NCBI GenBank assembly: GCA_964496765.1
Contig: CAZCAP010000003.1
Span: forward strand, 36,854 to 68,853
Reading direction: 5' to 3'
Origin: an uncultured archaeon
GTDB lineage: Archaea; Iainarchaeota; Iainarchaeia; Iainarchaeales; CSSED10-239
Length of the DNA stretch: 32,000 bases
A program made the translations under genes and the position numbers. The notes below the pieces were generated by a model that was not told where the DNA came from, did not search any database, and saw only the letters and a program-made list of their open reading frames with translations. Positions 16,965-26,261 of the stretch are shown here, one piece after another. The stretch's first letter is position 1; each line of letters begins with the position of its first letter.

Positions 16965-17669
16965 ATGAATGAAAGAATTGATGGTAGAAAGAATGATGAA
17001 CTTCGCCCAATTAAAATAAAGCTTGGTGTTGTTAAATCAGCAGATGGTTCATGCTATCTTGAATGGGGGAAAAATATTGTTGTTGCAACAGTACATGGTC
17101 CAAGACCAATTTTTCCAAAGCACCTAGCAGATGCTGAAAGATCAGTTATTGATTACAGATATAGAATGGCACCTTTTTCTGTAACTGATAGAAAATCACC
17201 AGTCCCTGCAAAAAGAGATAAGGAAATATCTCTAGTTTCTGGTAATGCTTTAGAATCAGTAATCCTAATTGAAAAATTTCCAAATACAGTAATTAATATT
17301 GATGCAATGATCTTGTCGGCTGATGCTGGTACTAGAGTTGCTGCACTTACTGCTGCAACCCTAGCCTGTGCTGATGCAGGACTTCCAATGAGAGGACTTG
17401 TTTCTGCAGTGTCTGCTGGTAGAGCAAATGGAAATCATATATTAGATTTAACAAAGGAGGAGGAAGATGCAGAAGATGCTGTAGATACTGCTGTTGCTGT
17501 TCTAATGCCTCAAAAAGAAATTGTTCTTCTTCAAATGGATGGATTTGTTGAAAAGGAAGAATGGAAAAAAATAATAAATATGGGAATTGTTGGCTCAGAG
17601 AAGATTTATGATCTTCAAAAGAAAGCACTTCTTGAAAAATACCCTATAGATGGTGATATTAATGAGTGA
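16965..17669 (+). CDS. rrp41: Exosome complex exonuclease Rrp41
   Basis: RIDGRKNDELRPIKIKLGVVKSADGSCYLEWGKNIVVATVHGP...RSVIDYRYRMAPFS...DAMILSADAGTRVAALTAATLACADAGLPMRGLVSAVSAG. Confidence 0.95.
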   Translation: MNERIDGRKNDELRPIKIKLGVVKSADGSCYLEWGKNIVVATVHGPRPIFPKHLADAERSVIDYRYRMAPFSVTDRKSPVPAKRDKEISLVSGNALESVILIEKFPNTVINIDAMILSADAGTRVAALTAATLACADAGLPMRGLVSAVSAGRANGNHILDLTKEEEDAEDAVDTAVAVLMPQKEIVLLQMDGFVEKEEWKKIINMGIVGSEKIYDLQKKALLEKYPIDGDINE

Positions 17670-18456
17670 AACTTTAAAAATTGTAAATTCAGAAAACATA
17701 CTTTCAAAGATGAAGGAAGGACAAAGACTTGATGGAAGAGGGCTTAATGACTATAGAGATATTGAAATAAAAGTTAATAATATTAAGTCTGCTGATGGTT
17801 CATCATGGGTAAGGATTGGGAACACAGAGGTTGTTTGTGGAATTAAGTTTATAATTGGAACTCCCTATCCAGATTCTCCTGATGAGGGTAACATGAGTTT
17901 TAATCTTGAGCTAACTGGACTTTCATCACCAGAGTTTAGTACAGGGCCTCCACAGATTGATGCACTAGAGTATGGAAGAGTTGCTGATAGAGCAATAAGA
18001 CATGCTAATGCTATTGATTTTAAAGAACTTGCGATTATTCCTGGAGAAAAAGTATTTACTATGTTTATTGATTGCTATGCAATTAATGCTGATGGAAACC
18101 TAATTGATGCAACAGAAATTGCTGCTCTTGCTGCAATAATGAACGCACACATCCCTAAGCTTGATGAAAAGAATGTAATAATCTATGGTGAGAAGGATAG
18201 AAAAATTAATTTGAAAACATTCCCTTTGTCTTTTACTTTTGAGAAGATTGGAGATAAAATTGTTCTTGATGCAACTGAAATTGAAGAGTTTACATCATCA
18301 ACTAGATTTTCACTAGGGATATACAAAAATACAATCCTTTCTTGCCATAAAAGCAAAGGTGGGGTATTTACATCTGATGAAATTAATTATATGATTGATG
18401 TTGCTACATCAAAATATAATGAACTTGAGAAAAAAATAAAAGATGCAATAAAATAA
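17662..18456 (+). CDS. rrp42: Exosome complex subunit Rrp42
   Basis: RNase PH fold: KEGQRLDGRGLNDYRDIEIKVNNIKSADGSSWVRIGNTEVVCGIKFIIGTPYPDSPDEG...LIDATEIAALAAIMNAHIP. Start ATG 17662 preferred; overlaps the rrp41 end. Confidence 0.95.
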   Translation: MSETLKIVNSENILSKMKEGQRLDGRGLNDYRDIEIKVNNIKSADGSSWVRIGNTEVVCGIKFIIGTPYPDSPDEGNMSFNLELTGLSSPEFSTGPPQIDALEYGRVADRAIRHANAIDFKELAIIPGEKVFTMFIDCYAINADGNLIDATEIAALAAIMNAHIPKLDEKNVIIYGEKDRKINLKTFPLSFTFEKIGDKIVLDATEIEEFTSSTRFSLGIYKNTILSCHKSKGGVFTSDEINYMIDVATSKYNELEKKIKDAIK

Positions 18457-18489
18457 TATGATTATTGGAGTTTAAAAAAGTGATTGTTT

Positions 18490-18711
18490 ATGACCACAAA
18501 AAAAGTTAAGGTTACTGGTAAGCATGGAGTAAGAGCAGGAGTAGGAATTAGAAAAAAATTTCTTCTTGCTACTACAACTGATAAATCAAAATATGTTTGT
18601 CCAAAGTGTGGATTCTTAGGAAAGATATCAAGAACAGCAAAGGGAATCTTTAAATGTTCTAAATGTAAAACAATGATATCTGGTGGAGCCTACAAGCTTA
18701 AAACCAATTAA
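18490..18711 (+). CDS. rpl37ae: 50S ribosomal protein L37Ae (eL43)
   Basis: GKHGVRAGVGIRKK...KYVCPKCGFLGKISRTAKGIFKCSKCKTMISGGAYKL; C2-C2 zinc ribbon. Confidence 0.93.
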   Translation: MTTKKVKVTGKHGVRAGVGIRKKFLLATTTDKSKYVCPKCGFLGKISRTAKGIFKCSKCKTMISGGAYKLKTN

Positions 18712-18750
18712 AAGATAATAAATTAATTAAAAAGTAAAGGTGAAAAATAA

Positions 18751-18879
18751 ATGTATACCTGTGCAAGATGTAAAGAAAATTATGAAGAACTTCCGGAAAA
18801 TAATAAGTGTAGATCCTGTGGGTCTAGGATATTTTATAAGAAGAGAGAACCAATTTTAAAGAAAGTAAAAGCCTACTAG
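18751..18879 (+). CDS. rpoP: DNA-directed RNA polymerase subunit P (RpoP/Rpc12), 42 aa; absent from ORF track
   Basis: Manual translation MYTCARCKENYEELPENNKCRSCGSRIFYKKREPILKKVKAY*, zinc ribbon ending GSRIFYKKR, GGTGA upstream. Confidence 0.92.
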   Translation: MYTCARCKENYEELPENNKCRSCGSRIFYKKREPILKKVKAY

Positions 18880-18889
18880 GTAGTTAGAA

Positions 18890-19387
18890 ATGTATGTAAC
18901 AGTATCCAGAAAAGCAGATAATTCTGTTAAAAAATTCTCTAAATATTTATCTCTTTTCATAGATGATATAAAATACATTCCACGAGGGAAGACTGCACTT
19001 AGTAAGATTTTCGAGTCTGCTATATTTCTTGGACACAATTACTTCCTAATCTCCAGAAAACAAGAAAAAGATCAGATTTCACTTTTAGTTTATAAAATAA
19101 ATTACAAGGAAAAAGCATTTTCCCCAGATAAAGAAATTATTTTTAGAATTCTGGATCTGAATTCAATTCTATCCAAAAAAGAATTAGATAAATTAAAGAA
19201 AGAAAATGATTTCACAGATGGAAATAAATTGTTTTATTTTCTAACTAGTAAAAAGAAAGGAGACTATGGTGTTTTCGTTGATGATAAAAAAGAAAGAAGA
19301 TATTCATTTAAGATGAATGCAAAAGATCTTGGTTTCTTTTTGATTCACATTGAAACAAAAAAATTCAAGGAGATGAAACTTGCTTGA
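18890..19387 (+). CDS. Brix/Imp4-like domain protein
   Basis: MYVTVSRKADNSVKKFSKYLSLFIDDIKYIPRGKTALSKIFESAIFLGHNYFLI resembles the short archaeal Brix proteins; expected position in the superoperon. Confidence 0.65.
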   Translation: MYVTVSRKADNSVKKFSKYLSLFIDDIKYIPRGKTALSKIFESAIFLGHNYFLISRKQEKDQISLLVYKINYKEKAFSPDKEIIFRILDLNSILSKKELDKLKKENDFTDGNKLFYFLTSKKKGDYGVFVDDKKERRYSFKMNAKDLGFFLIHIETKKFKEMKLA

Positions 19388-19629
19388 TTGGTCAAATCAT
19401 ATCTAATGTAATTCTAATTAAAACAAATGATCCCAATAATCTAAAGAAGCTTCTTGATCTTGAATTTGAAAGGAAGAAATATAATAGATCAGAATCAAAA
19501 ATCACAATCACAAAAGAAGGACTAAAAATAGAAATAAAAGCAAAAGATATTATTGCATTCAAAGCAACTGTTAATAATTATATTAATATTTTAGAACTAA
19601 TAAAGAAAACTTATGAGGTGGATTTATGA
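19384..19629 (+). CDS. pcc1: KEOPS complex subunit Pcc1
   Basis: 81 aa; ESKITITKEGLKIEIKAKDIIAFKATVNNYINILELI is Pcc1-like; TTG start overlapping the Brix stop; next to prefoldin beta. Confidence 0.72.
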   Translation: MIGQIISNVILIKTNDPNNLKKLLDLEFERKKYNRSESKITITKEGLKIEIKAKDIIAFKATVNNYINILELIKKTYEVDL

Positions 19630-19991
19630 ATAAAGATAAAAATGTAAAAGATAATTCAGGGGCAGTAAATGCCTATAGACAACAATTAATGTACATAACC
19701 AATCAAAAACAACAGATGCAGTTTCAATCAAATATTTTAGATTCCACAATAAAGGAACTTGAGACCACTAAAGAAAAAAAGGTTTACAAGGGAACTGGTA
19801 ACATCTTTATCTCAAAGAATGTGGAAGATGTTTTGAAAGAAACAAAAGAAACAAAAGAAACAATTGGATTAAGAATTAAAAATATTGAAAAACAAGAAAC
19901 TGATCTTGTAAAAAAATTAAATGAGATTACAAGAAAGGATGATAAAGATAATACAAAAGAAATTGATGATAATGTGGAAGGAATTGCTTAA
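19626..19991 (+). CDS. pfdB: Prefoldin subunit beta
   Basis: Coiled-coil protein with QLMYITNQKQQMQFQSNILDSTIKELETTKEKKVYKGTGNIFISKNVEDVLKETKE; ATGA overlap with pcc1. Confidence 0.9.
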   Translation: MNKDKNVKDNSGAVNAYRQQLMYITNQKQQMQFQSNILDSTIKELETTKEKKVYKGTGNIFISKNVEDVLKETKETKETIGLRIKNIEKQETDLVKKLNEITRKDDKDNTKEIDDNVEGIA

Positions 19992-20005
19992 AATATAAGC
20001 AATAT

Positions 20006-20443
20006 CTATTTCAAATAAATTATCTTATTTCCATCTTTTATTTTCTTCTTCTTTGATTTCTTAATTAAATAGTGAATAGTTGATTTTGGGACCCCCAATT
20101 TATCTGCAAGATCTCTATAGGAAAAGTCCTTGTGCATTTCAACTATCTTTTGCATTTTATCGATTGGAATATCAATGGGTCTCCCCTGCTCTGTTTTAAT
20201 ATAAAAGTTAATTCCCTTATTCTTTATTAGCTTCTTTGTTCCTTCAGAAATTCTATCTTTTGTTGATTTGGATACTGTCATAGTTTTTATCTTTTTACAA
20301 GATAAAAGAATTTTTTGCATGTTCTTTTTAGAAACAGCAACTGTTAAATGTAATTCATCACAATCCTTGTTAATTGATTTGATTCTATGTATTGAGTTTA
20401 AACATTCTTTCATATTTTTCTTCACACCTTTATTTTTGTCCAA
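20006..20443 (-). CDS. Helix-turn-helix domain protein
   Basis: IPIDKMQKIVEMHKDFSYRDLADKLGVPKSTIHYLIKKSKK is a clear HTH; the start may be TTG at 20443 or ATG at 20413. Confidence 0.65.
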   Translation of the reverse strand: MDKNKGVKKNMKECLNSIHRIKSINKDCDELHLTVAVSKKNMQKILLSCKKIKTMTVSKSTKDRISEGTKKLIKNKGINFYIKTEQGRPIDIPIDKMQKIVEMHKDFSYRDLADKLGVPKSTIHYLIKKSKKKKIKDGNKIIYLK

Positions 20444-20545
20444 GAAATATATCTACTTAATTATTACTTATTATCTAACTACAATATATTTATAAATTAT
20501 ATTGTTTTCTATAATACTGTAATATGTATTAGGTATGAGTAAAAT

Positions 20546-22267
20546 ATGGAAGCTGCATTTTCGTCCTTTTTAATTTATTTTTCAATAATTGTTTTGTCTG
20601 CGACAGTTATGACCTACATATTTAATAGATTACGTCAACCATCAATTTTAGCTTTTATCCTAACCGGAATATTGATTGGGCCAATAGCGTTAGGGGTTGT
20701 ACCCCACACTCCAGAAATCCTAATGCTATCAAAGATTGGAATAGCTTTTCTTCTATTTTCTGTTGGGCTAGGAACTGATCTCAACACCTTAAAGAAGCTA
20801 AACCTAACTGTTTTTATTCTTCCCATAATAAATATTCTAATTATATTTATTTGCATAACCCTATTAAAAAACGTTATTGGTCTAAATCTAATACAATCTC
20901 TTTATTTATCTTTGATAATCTCATTTTCTTCAACCATGCTGGTTGCAAAGATCTTAATTGATAACTTTGAAATGGGGTCATTAAATGCTCAAATATGTGT
21001 TGGTATTCTGTTAGTTGAGGACCTGATTGCAATCCTAGCAATCCCTATTCTTGCTGATTTTTTAACAATTTCCGCATCCCTTGTGTTAATCGTAATCTTT
21101 AAGGTTATACTCTTAATTATTTTTGCATATCTTATCAATAAATGGGTATATCCAAGATTAATTAAACACACCTTCAAATCCACTCAGGGTTTTTTTCTTT
21201 TAACAATTGCAAGTTGTTTCCTATTTATTCTAATATCTCAGTTATTAAAGTTTGATATTGCGGTTGGTGCATTTATTGGTGGACTTGCGATATCCATCTT
21301 TCCTTATAATCTTGAGATTTCTAATAATATATCCGGAATTAGAAATCTCTTATCAATGATATTTTTTGTATCTTTAGGTATGCAACTAACTTTCAATTTT
21401 GCTAGTGGATATTTATTATTAATTGTTCTTTTTATATTTGTGTTTGTTTTAAAACCATTGATTCATTTTATTATTTTAGTTTTTTCTGGTTATGGAAGAC
21501 GGTTATCAGTTACCAGTTCTCTTTATTTAGCTCAAATATCTGAATTTTCTCTAATTCTTGCAATGCAGGGATTACTATTAAATCATTTAACTAGCGATCA
21601 ATATTCTGCGATTGTTATTGCTACCTCTGTTTCTATGTTGTTAACTCCATATATAACTGAACATTATGATTCTCTATATAAGTTTGTTAGGCCTTTACTA
21701 GGTTATTTTAAAAGAAAAGCATACTATTCAAGAAAAATAGATAAGCTAACTAATCTTTCTGAAAAAATGGAAAATCATTTTATTTTAGTTGGGTCTGATG
21801 TTGTTGGAGATGCTATTTTAAAGGTTCTATCAAGGGATAAGCACATTCCAATATTAATAATAGATCAAAATCCAGAAAAGATTGCTCCATTAATTAGAAA
21901 AAAAATAAACTGTGTTTGTGGGGATGTGAATAATGACGAAATTATACATTCCATTGGTTTAGATAAGGCAAGATTAATTGTATCAACTGTTCCTAGATTC
22001 GATGTAACCATGAGATTCCTAACTAAGGTTAAGTCTATTAATCCAAATCTTAGATTTTATGCAATTGCACACACAAATGAGCAGGCACTTAAGTTATATG
22101 AAGAGGGTGCTGATCTTGTTATTTTGCCAAAGGTACTTGAATCAAATTTCCTTTTAGAAAAAATAAATATATTTAACGATAAATTAGAAAATACATCTTT
22201 TATCAAGGGAGCATATGTTAGTTATTTGAAAGGGGAAGTTGAACAACCAAAGAAAAAGAAAAAATAA
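20546..22267 (+). CDS. Monovalent cation:proton antiporter-2 (CPA2) family protein with TrkA-N domain
   Basis: Multiple TM helices (RLRQPSILAFILTGILIGP, GIAFLLFSVGLGTDLNTLKKL, VAVGAFIGGL-like) followed by Rossmann domain HFILVGSDVVGDAILKVLSRDKHIPILIIDQNPEKI...GDVNNDEIIHSIGLDKARLIVST. Confidence 0.93.
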   Translation: MEAAFSSFLIYFSIIVLSATVMTYIFNRLRQPSILAFILTGILIGPIALGVVPHTPEILMLSKIGIAFLLFSVGLGTDLNTLKKLNLTVFILPIINILIIFICITLLKNVIGLNLIQSLYLSLIISFSSTMLVAKILIDNFEMGSLNAQICVGILLVEDLIAILAIPILADFLTISASLVLIVIFKVILLIIFAYLINKWVYPRLIKHTFKSTQGFFLLTIASCFLFILISQLLKFDIAVGAFIGGLAISIFPYNLEISNNISGIRNLLSMIFFVSLGMQLTFNFASGYLLLIVLFIFVFVLKPLIHFIILVFSGYGRRLSVTSSLYLAQISEFSLILAMQGLLLNHLTSDQYSAIVIATSVSMLLTPYITEHYDSLYKFVRPLLGYFKRKAYYSRKIDKLTNLSEKMENHFILVGSDVVGDAILKVLSRDKHIPILIIDQNPEKIAPLIRKKINCVCGDVNNDEIIHSIGLDKARLIVSTVPRFDVTMRFLTKVKSINPNLRFYAIAHTNEQALKLYEEGADLVILPKVLESNFLLEKINIFNDKLENTSFIKGAYVSYLKGEVEQPKKKKK

Positions 22268-22353
22268 TTTAAACTTTGCGAATTAACTAGCAAGGTATAT
22301 ATTTGTATTGGTTCAGAAAATATTTATAATTAATTAAAAGAGAGGAGAATACA

Positions 22354-23433
22354 ATGGCAAAAAAACTAAATTTTAAAGATAAACAATCATTAATAAATTG
22401 GATTGTGAGCCACCCCAAAACAGTTGGCACTGTTGTTGGTGCTGGTCTTTCACTTCTTGTTGCAGGAAAACAATTATCTGCTCAAGAACTTGTGGGGATA
22501 AGAGATTTATCAATTACTCCTCTTATGGAACCAACAGGTCACTCAATTCATACAAATACTTTCTTCTTAGATAATCTAGATGGTAAAACAAAAGACTTTC
22601 TTCAGCAATCTCTTGAATATAGATATGGTGGGGAATTTAAGGGTAGAAAATTAGAAGGAAATTATAATGTTGGAGTAGAAGTTGGATCAAACAATTTTAT
22701 GATTAATAATAAACTAGTTTCTGATAAACTTTATGAACAAATTCATTTAGTTTTTGGTTTATCAAAAATATTTAATACTCCAATACAAATTAATTTAGGT
22801 TATTCTCCAAAGTTTGGAGCAAAGGGTGGAGAGTATTATTTAGATGGAATGCAGTTTGCTGGTAACGTGAAGGTTAAAAGATCAGGAACTGGTGGAGTAA
22901 TAAATATAAAGGATGGTAAAATTGCTTCCTATGAAGGAATACAGGAAGTAACCTTTGGTAAGAAATTTACTGGAGCATTAAGATTCTATAATGAAGCTGG
23001 TAAAAGCATGAAGGATGCATACTATAATGTTTATGGAATTGTAGATATGAGTTCAAAGGAGCATATTTTTATACCATACCTCTCAGCAGCAGCAACCAGA
23101 GAAAACTTGAAGAAAGGTCTTGTTGACTATGGACTCGGTATTTTCTTTAAACCATTAACTGGTAAAAAGAAAGGAAGATTCTATGCCTATGCAGAAGTTG
23201 GAGTAAATAAAAACAATAAATGGAGTTTTTTTACTAGGTTAAACTATAGAATAACAACACCCGCTGCAAAAGCCGTAAAAGCTGCAAAAGATGTATTATT
23301 AAAAGATGCATATGAAAAAAGTGTGAAAGCAAAAGAAAAAGCGGTTAGAGAGAAAACGATTGGTCAAAAGAAAGTAACTGAAAGGAAAAGTATATTCAAA
23401 CCAAGAAACAACCTGAGACCAAGAGCAAGATAA
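22354..23433 (+). CDS. Hypothetical secreted or membrane protein with beta-barrel-like sequence pattern
   Basis: N-terminal hydrophobic segment (VGTVVGAGLSLLVAG), then many Gly/aromatic alternating strand-like stretches (GRFYAYAEVGVNKNNKWSFFTRLNYRI, VGLGIF-like hairpins), basic C-terminal tail. Confidence 0.6.
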   Translation: MAKKLNFKDKQSLINWIVSHPKTVGTVVGAGLSLLVAGKQLSAQELVGIRDLSITPLMEPTGHSIHTNTFFLDNLDGKTKDFLQQSLEYRYGGEFKGRKLEGNYNVGVEVGSNNFMINNKLVSDKLYEQIHLVFGLSKIFNTPIQINLGYSPKFGAKGGEYYLDGMQFAGNVKVKRSGTGGVINIKDGKIASYEGIQEVTFGKKFTGALRFYNEAGKSMKDAYYNVYGIVDMSSKEHIFIPYLSAAATRENLKKGLVDYGLGIFFKPLTGKKKGRFYAYAEVGVNKNNKWSFFTRLNYRITTPAAKAVKAAKDVLLKDAYEKSVKAKEKAVREKTIGQKKVTERKSIFKPRNNLRPRAR

Positions 23434-23510
23434 GTTCAATCTTATCTTCTTTTTATTTCTTTTTAACTCTTATTTTTAAACCTTTTGTAAACTAATTTAT
23501 TTTGATATTT

Positions 23511-24080
23511 ATGCAGATATTAATTTGTGGGTTTTCTGGTTCTGGTAAGAGCTATCTTGCTGAAAACCTTGGAAAAAAAATAAAATACAAGGTTATTCAT
23601 TCATCAGCAATCTTTAAACAACTTCAAGCTAAACAAAAAGTAGATTTTTCCAAAACAAATATGAACAAAGGCTGGTATGAACTATCTAATTTTGACAATG
23701 TAAGAAAAAAAGATGAATCTCTTGATAAATGCCTTGATAAACATCTTCTTGAACTTATAAAAAAAGAAAAAAATATTATAATTGATTCATGGACTCTTCC
23801 ATATCTAACAAAGAAAGGAATTAGAATTTGGTTAATAGCAGGAAAGGAAGAGAGAGCAAAAAGGTTATCATTGAGAGATAAGATCTCCTACAAAGAAGCA
23901 ATTGATGTTGTTAAAAAGAAGGATGCCTTTTCCATTAAGCAATATAAGAAACTTTATGGATTTAAGTTTGGAACCAATCTAAGAACCACTTTCGATTACA
24001 GAATAAACACAAATAGGCTAACAATTCCAGGCGTTTGTGATGAAGCCTATAGATTAATAAAAGAGAGATTAAAGAAATAA
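23511..24080 (+). CDS. cmk: Cytidylate kinase-like P-loop kinase
   Basis: MQILICGFSGSGKSYLAENLGKKIKYKVIHSS, IIIDSWTLPYL, RAKRLSLRDKISYKEA; archaeal CMP/AMP kinase layout. Confidence 0.75.
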   Translation: MQILICGFSGSGKSYLAENLGKKIKYKVIHSSAIFKQLQAKQKVDFSKTNMNKGWYELSNFDNVRKKDESLDKCLDKHLLELIKKEKNIIIDSWTLPYLTKKGIRIWLIAGKEERAKRLSLRDKISYKEAIDVVKKKDAFSIKQYKKLYGFKFGTNLRTTFDYRINTNRLTIPGVCDEAYRLIKERLKK

Positions 24081-24086
24081 GTTAAT

Positions 24087-24935
24087 TTATTCTCTTTTTC
24101 TTTCTAGTTCTCTTACTATCTCTTCACTAGATTTTGCTTTTCCTAGAATACAATCTTTGTGAACACTAGTTCCATGAAAATCTGAACCCGCTGTTTCCAC
24201 TAAATCTAGATCTTTACAAACAACTCTTATTCTATCTATTAATTCGTGGCTTTCTTCTCTGAGATCCTCAGGAATTGAACCTTTTGTTTCTACACCAACA
24301 AGACCATACTTTGAAAGCTTAACAATAAAATTCTCAATACTTTCCTTTTGATCAGCTCTTAATAACCATGGATGAGGAAGAACAGAAACCCCACCAGCAA
24401 TCTTGATTGTCTCAATAACCTTCTTTGCTTTTAGGGGTTCAGTATCTAATCTAACTTTGATCTTTTTAAGATATTTATTATAAATGTCATGAACGCTTGT
24501 TCCATATCCTCTTTCTATTAAAACTGCTGCAAGATGAGGAAGCATTGTTTGATGGCAATGCATTTTTTTCGCGTAGTCATCAACCTCATGGAAATCAACA
24601 TCAACATTTAGGTCTGCTAACCCTTCAATCTTTCTCTTTAGATGCTCAAGCTTGTTTTTTTGATTAACCTCAAGCAATGCATTTAACTCTGGTGATGCGA
24701 TATCAATAAAGTATCCAAGTATCTCTACCCCATACCCCTGAATCTCAACTCCAGGAATTAATTCCATTCCAATTTTCTTAGCATATTTGATACCCTCTGG
24801 TAATCCAAAAATAGAATCATGATCAGTAATAGATATTCCTGCTAGTCCCAACTCTTTTGCAAGATCTAAAAGCTCTTTTGGAGAATGAACCCCATCAGAA
24901 TAGGTTGAATGGGTGTGCAAATCAAAATATTTCAT
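24087..24935 (-). CDS. PHP domain metal-dependent phosphoesterase
   Basis: FDLHTHSTYSDGVHSPKELLDLAKELGLAGISITDHDSIFGLPEG, IPGVEIQGYGVEILGYFID, GGVSVLPHPWL, TAGSDFHG. Confidence 0.92.
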   Translation of the reverse strand: MKYFDLHTHSTYSDGVHSPKELLDLAKELGLAGISITDHDSIFGLPEGIKYAKKIGMELIPGVEIQGYGVEILGYFIDIASPELNALLEVNQKNKLEHLKRKIEGLADLNVDVDFHEVDDYAKKMHCHQTMLPHLAAVLIERGYGTSVHDIYNKYLKKIKVRLDTEPLKAKKVIETIKIAGGVSVLPHPWLLRADQKESIENFIVKLSKYGLVGVETKGSIPEDLREESHELIDRIRVVCKDLDLVETAGSDFHGTSVHKDCILGKAKSSEEIVRELERKRE

Positions 24936-24959
24936 TTTCTGTTCCTTCTAAATGTGGAT

Positions 24960-25169
24960 TTATTGCATTGTCTTGGTAGCAAGCTTAATGTCTTCACCAG
25001 TAACCGTTTTTCTTTTAGCATGAAGAGCAAGCTCAATTGCTTGTTTTGAAATATCCTGTGCAACCTCTCCTAGTATTTTTGATAATTCTTCAGCAGCATC
25101 CTCTGAAACCCTTTCAGCACCTGCTTTTCTAATAAGTCTGTCAACAGCAGCAATTGGTAATTCACTCAT
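24960..25169 (-). CDS. Archaeal histone
   Basis: 69 aa: ELPIAAVDRLIRKAGAERVSEDAAEELSKILGEVAQDISKQAIELALHAKRKTVTGEDIKLATK. Confidence 0.96.
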   Translation of the reverse strand: MSELPIAAVDRLIRKAGAERVSEDAAEELSKILGEVAQDISKQAIELALHAKRKTVTGEDIKLATKTMQ

Positions 25170-25354
25170 AAATCTCCCTCCGATTTAAAAATTAGCTTAA
25201 TATATATCTTATTTACCAGAAATCCTTTTAAATTAATCTTTTTTAAAAAATAAAGCGTTTTTAACGATTTTCTCTATTTTTATTAAAATGTTAATAAATA
25301 TATATATTTCTATATACTAATTCTATATGGTTTAATTAACCAGAGAGTGATTAA

Positions 25355-26251
25355 ATGGTACTTCAAGATTCTATTCTTCTACAAATAAGTCAAAAGCAAA
25401 CTAACTATAATGATCTACTACTTAGAATGACCCCTAATTATAAATCCAGTGATTCAGCAAAGGCTGCGCTTTCCCGTGCTCTAAAGAACCTAATTTCCTT
25501 TGGAGAGATTGAAAAAAAAGAAGACTTATATATTTTAACAGAGAAGGGTAGGCATACCGTTGATTCAAAATTAAAAAATAAGATATTAATAGTTATTAAT
25601 GATTTATTATCCAAATCCAAAAAAACAAATTCACTTCAATACATAGACGATATTATAAAAAACATACATGTATTTATAGAAAAATCAAAAACTGATCCTT
25701 CATTAATTAAAGTTGCAAAAACAAGTTCAACTTTTTATATATCTGATCTTCACTATTTAAAAGAAGATATTGAAAAAAAAGTAACCCATTATCATCATCT
25801 TCTTGAGATCCTTGAGAAGCAAGTAAACATATTACAGGATGAAAACTTTGAAGACTTTTATTCAATTAATCTTGATGAAAAAGCATTTGCACATGTTGTA
25901 AACTTTTGTAAACTAACTAATCTAACTGATATTACAATTGATTGTGATAAGGATAGTCCAGAAACCATTCTTTTATTTGTTAAAAATAATAAGTTTACTA
26001 GAAAATCAGAGTGTGTTTTTTCAACACCACTAACCAATATGCCTGAACTTAAAAAAATACTTTTATCTAATTTTGAAAACACAATTCAAGCTAAATTTAA
26101 AATTTATTTAAATGATATATTAATTAAAACAAATTTTGGTAAGCTTTATTTCTTTGGACCCTTTAATCTTATTTCAAAGATAAAAGAAGAAATTAATAAA
26201 AAAGAAAAAAAACCAAAAATTGTTAAAAAGAAACTAGAAAAAAAGAAGTGA
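25355..26251 (+). CDS. Hypothetical protein with N-terminal winged-helix-like region
   Basis: AKAALSRALKNLISFGEIEKKEDLYILTEKGRHTVDSKLKN resembles a winged helix; the remainder is uncharacterised. Confidence 0.55.
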   Translation: MVLQDSILLQISQKQTNYNDLLLRMTPNYKSSDSAKAALSRALKNLISFGEIEKKEDLYILTEKGRHTVDSKLKNKILIVINDLLSKSKKTNSLQYIDDIIKNIHVFIEKSKTDPSLIKVAKTSSTFYISDLHYLKEDIEKKVTHYHHLLEILEKQVNILQDENFEDFYSINLDEKAFAHVVNFCKLTNLTDITIDCDKDSPETILLFVKNNKFTRKSECVFSTPLTNMPELKKILLSNFENTIQAKFKIYLNDILIKTNFGKLYFFGPFNLISKIKEEINKKEKKPKIVKKKLEKKK

Positions 26252-26261
26252 GGTAATTTAT

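Noticed and set aside
17347-17628. 93-aa Gln/Leu-rich minus-strand ORF within rrp41
   Set aside because: Low-complexity shadow ORF antisense to a strongly supported exosome gene.
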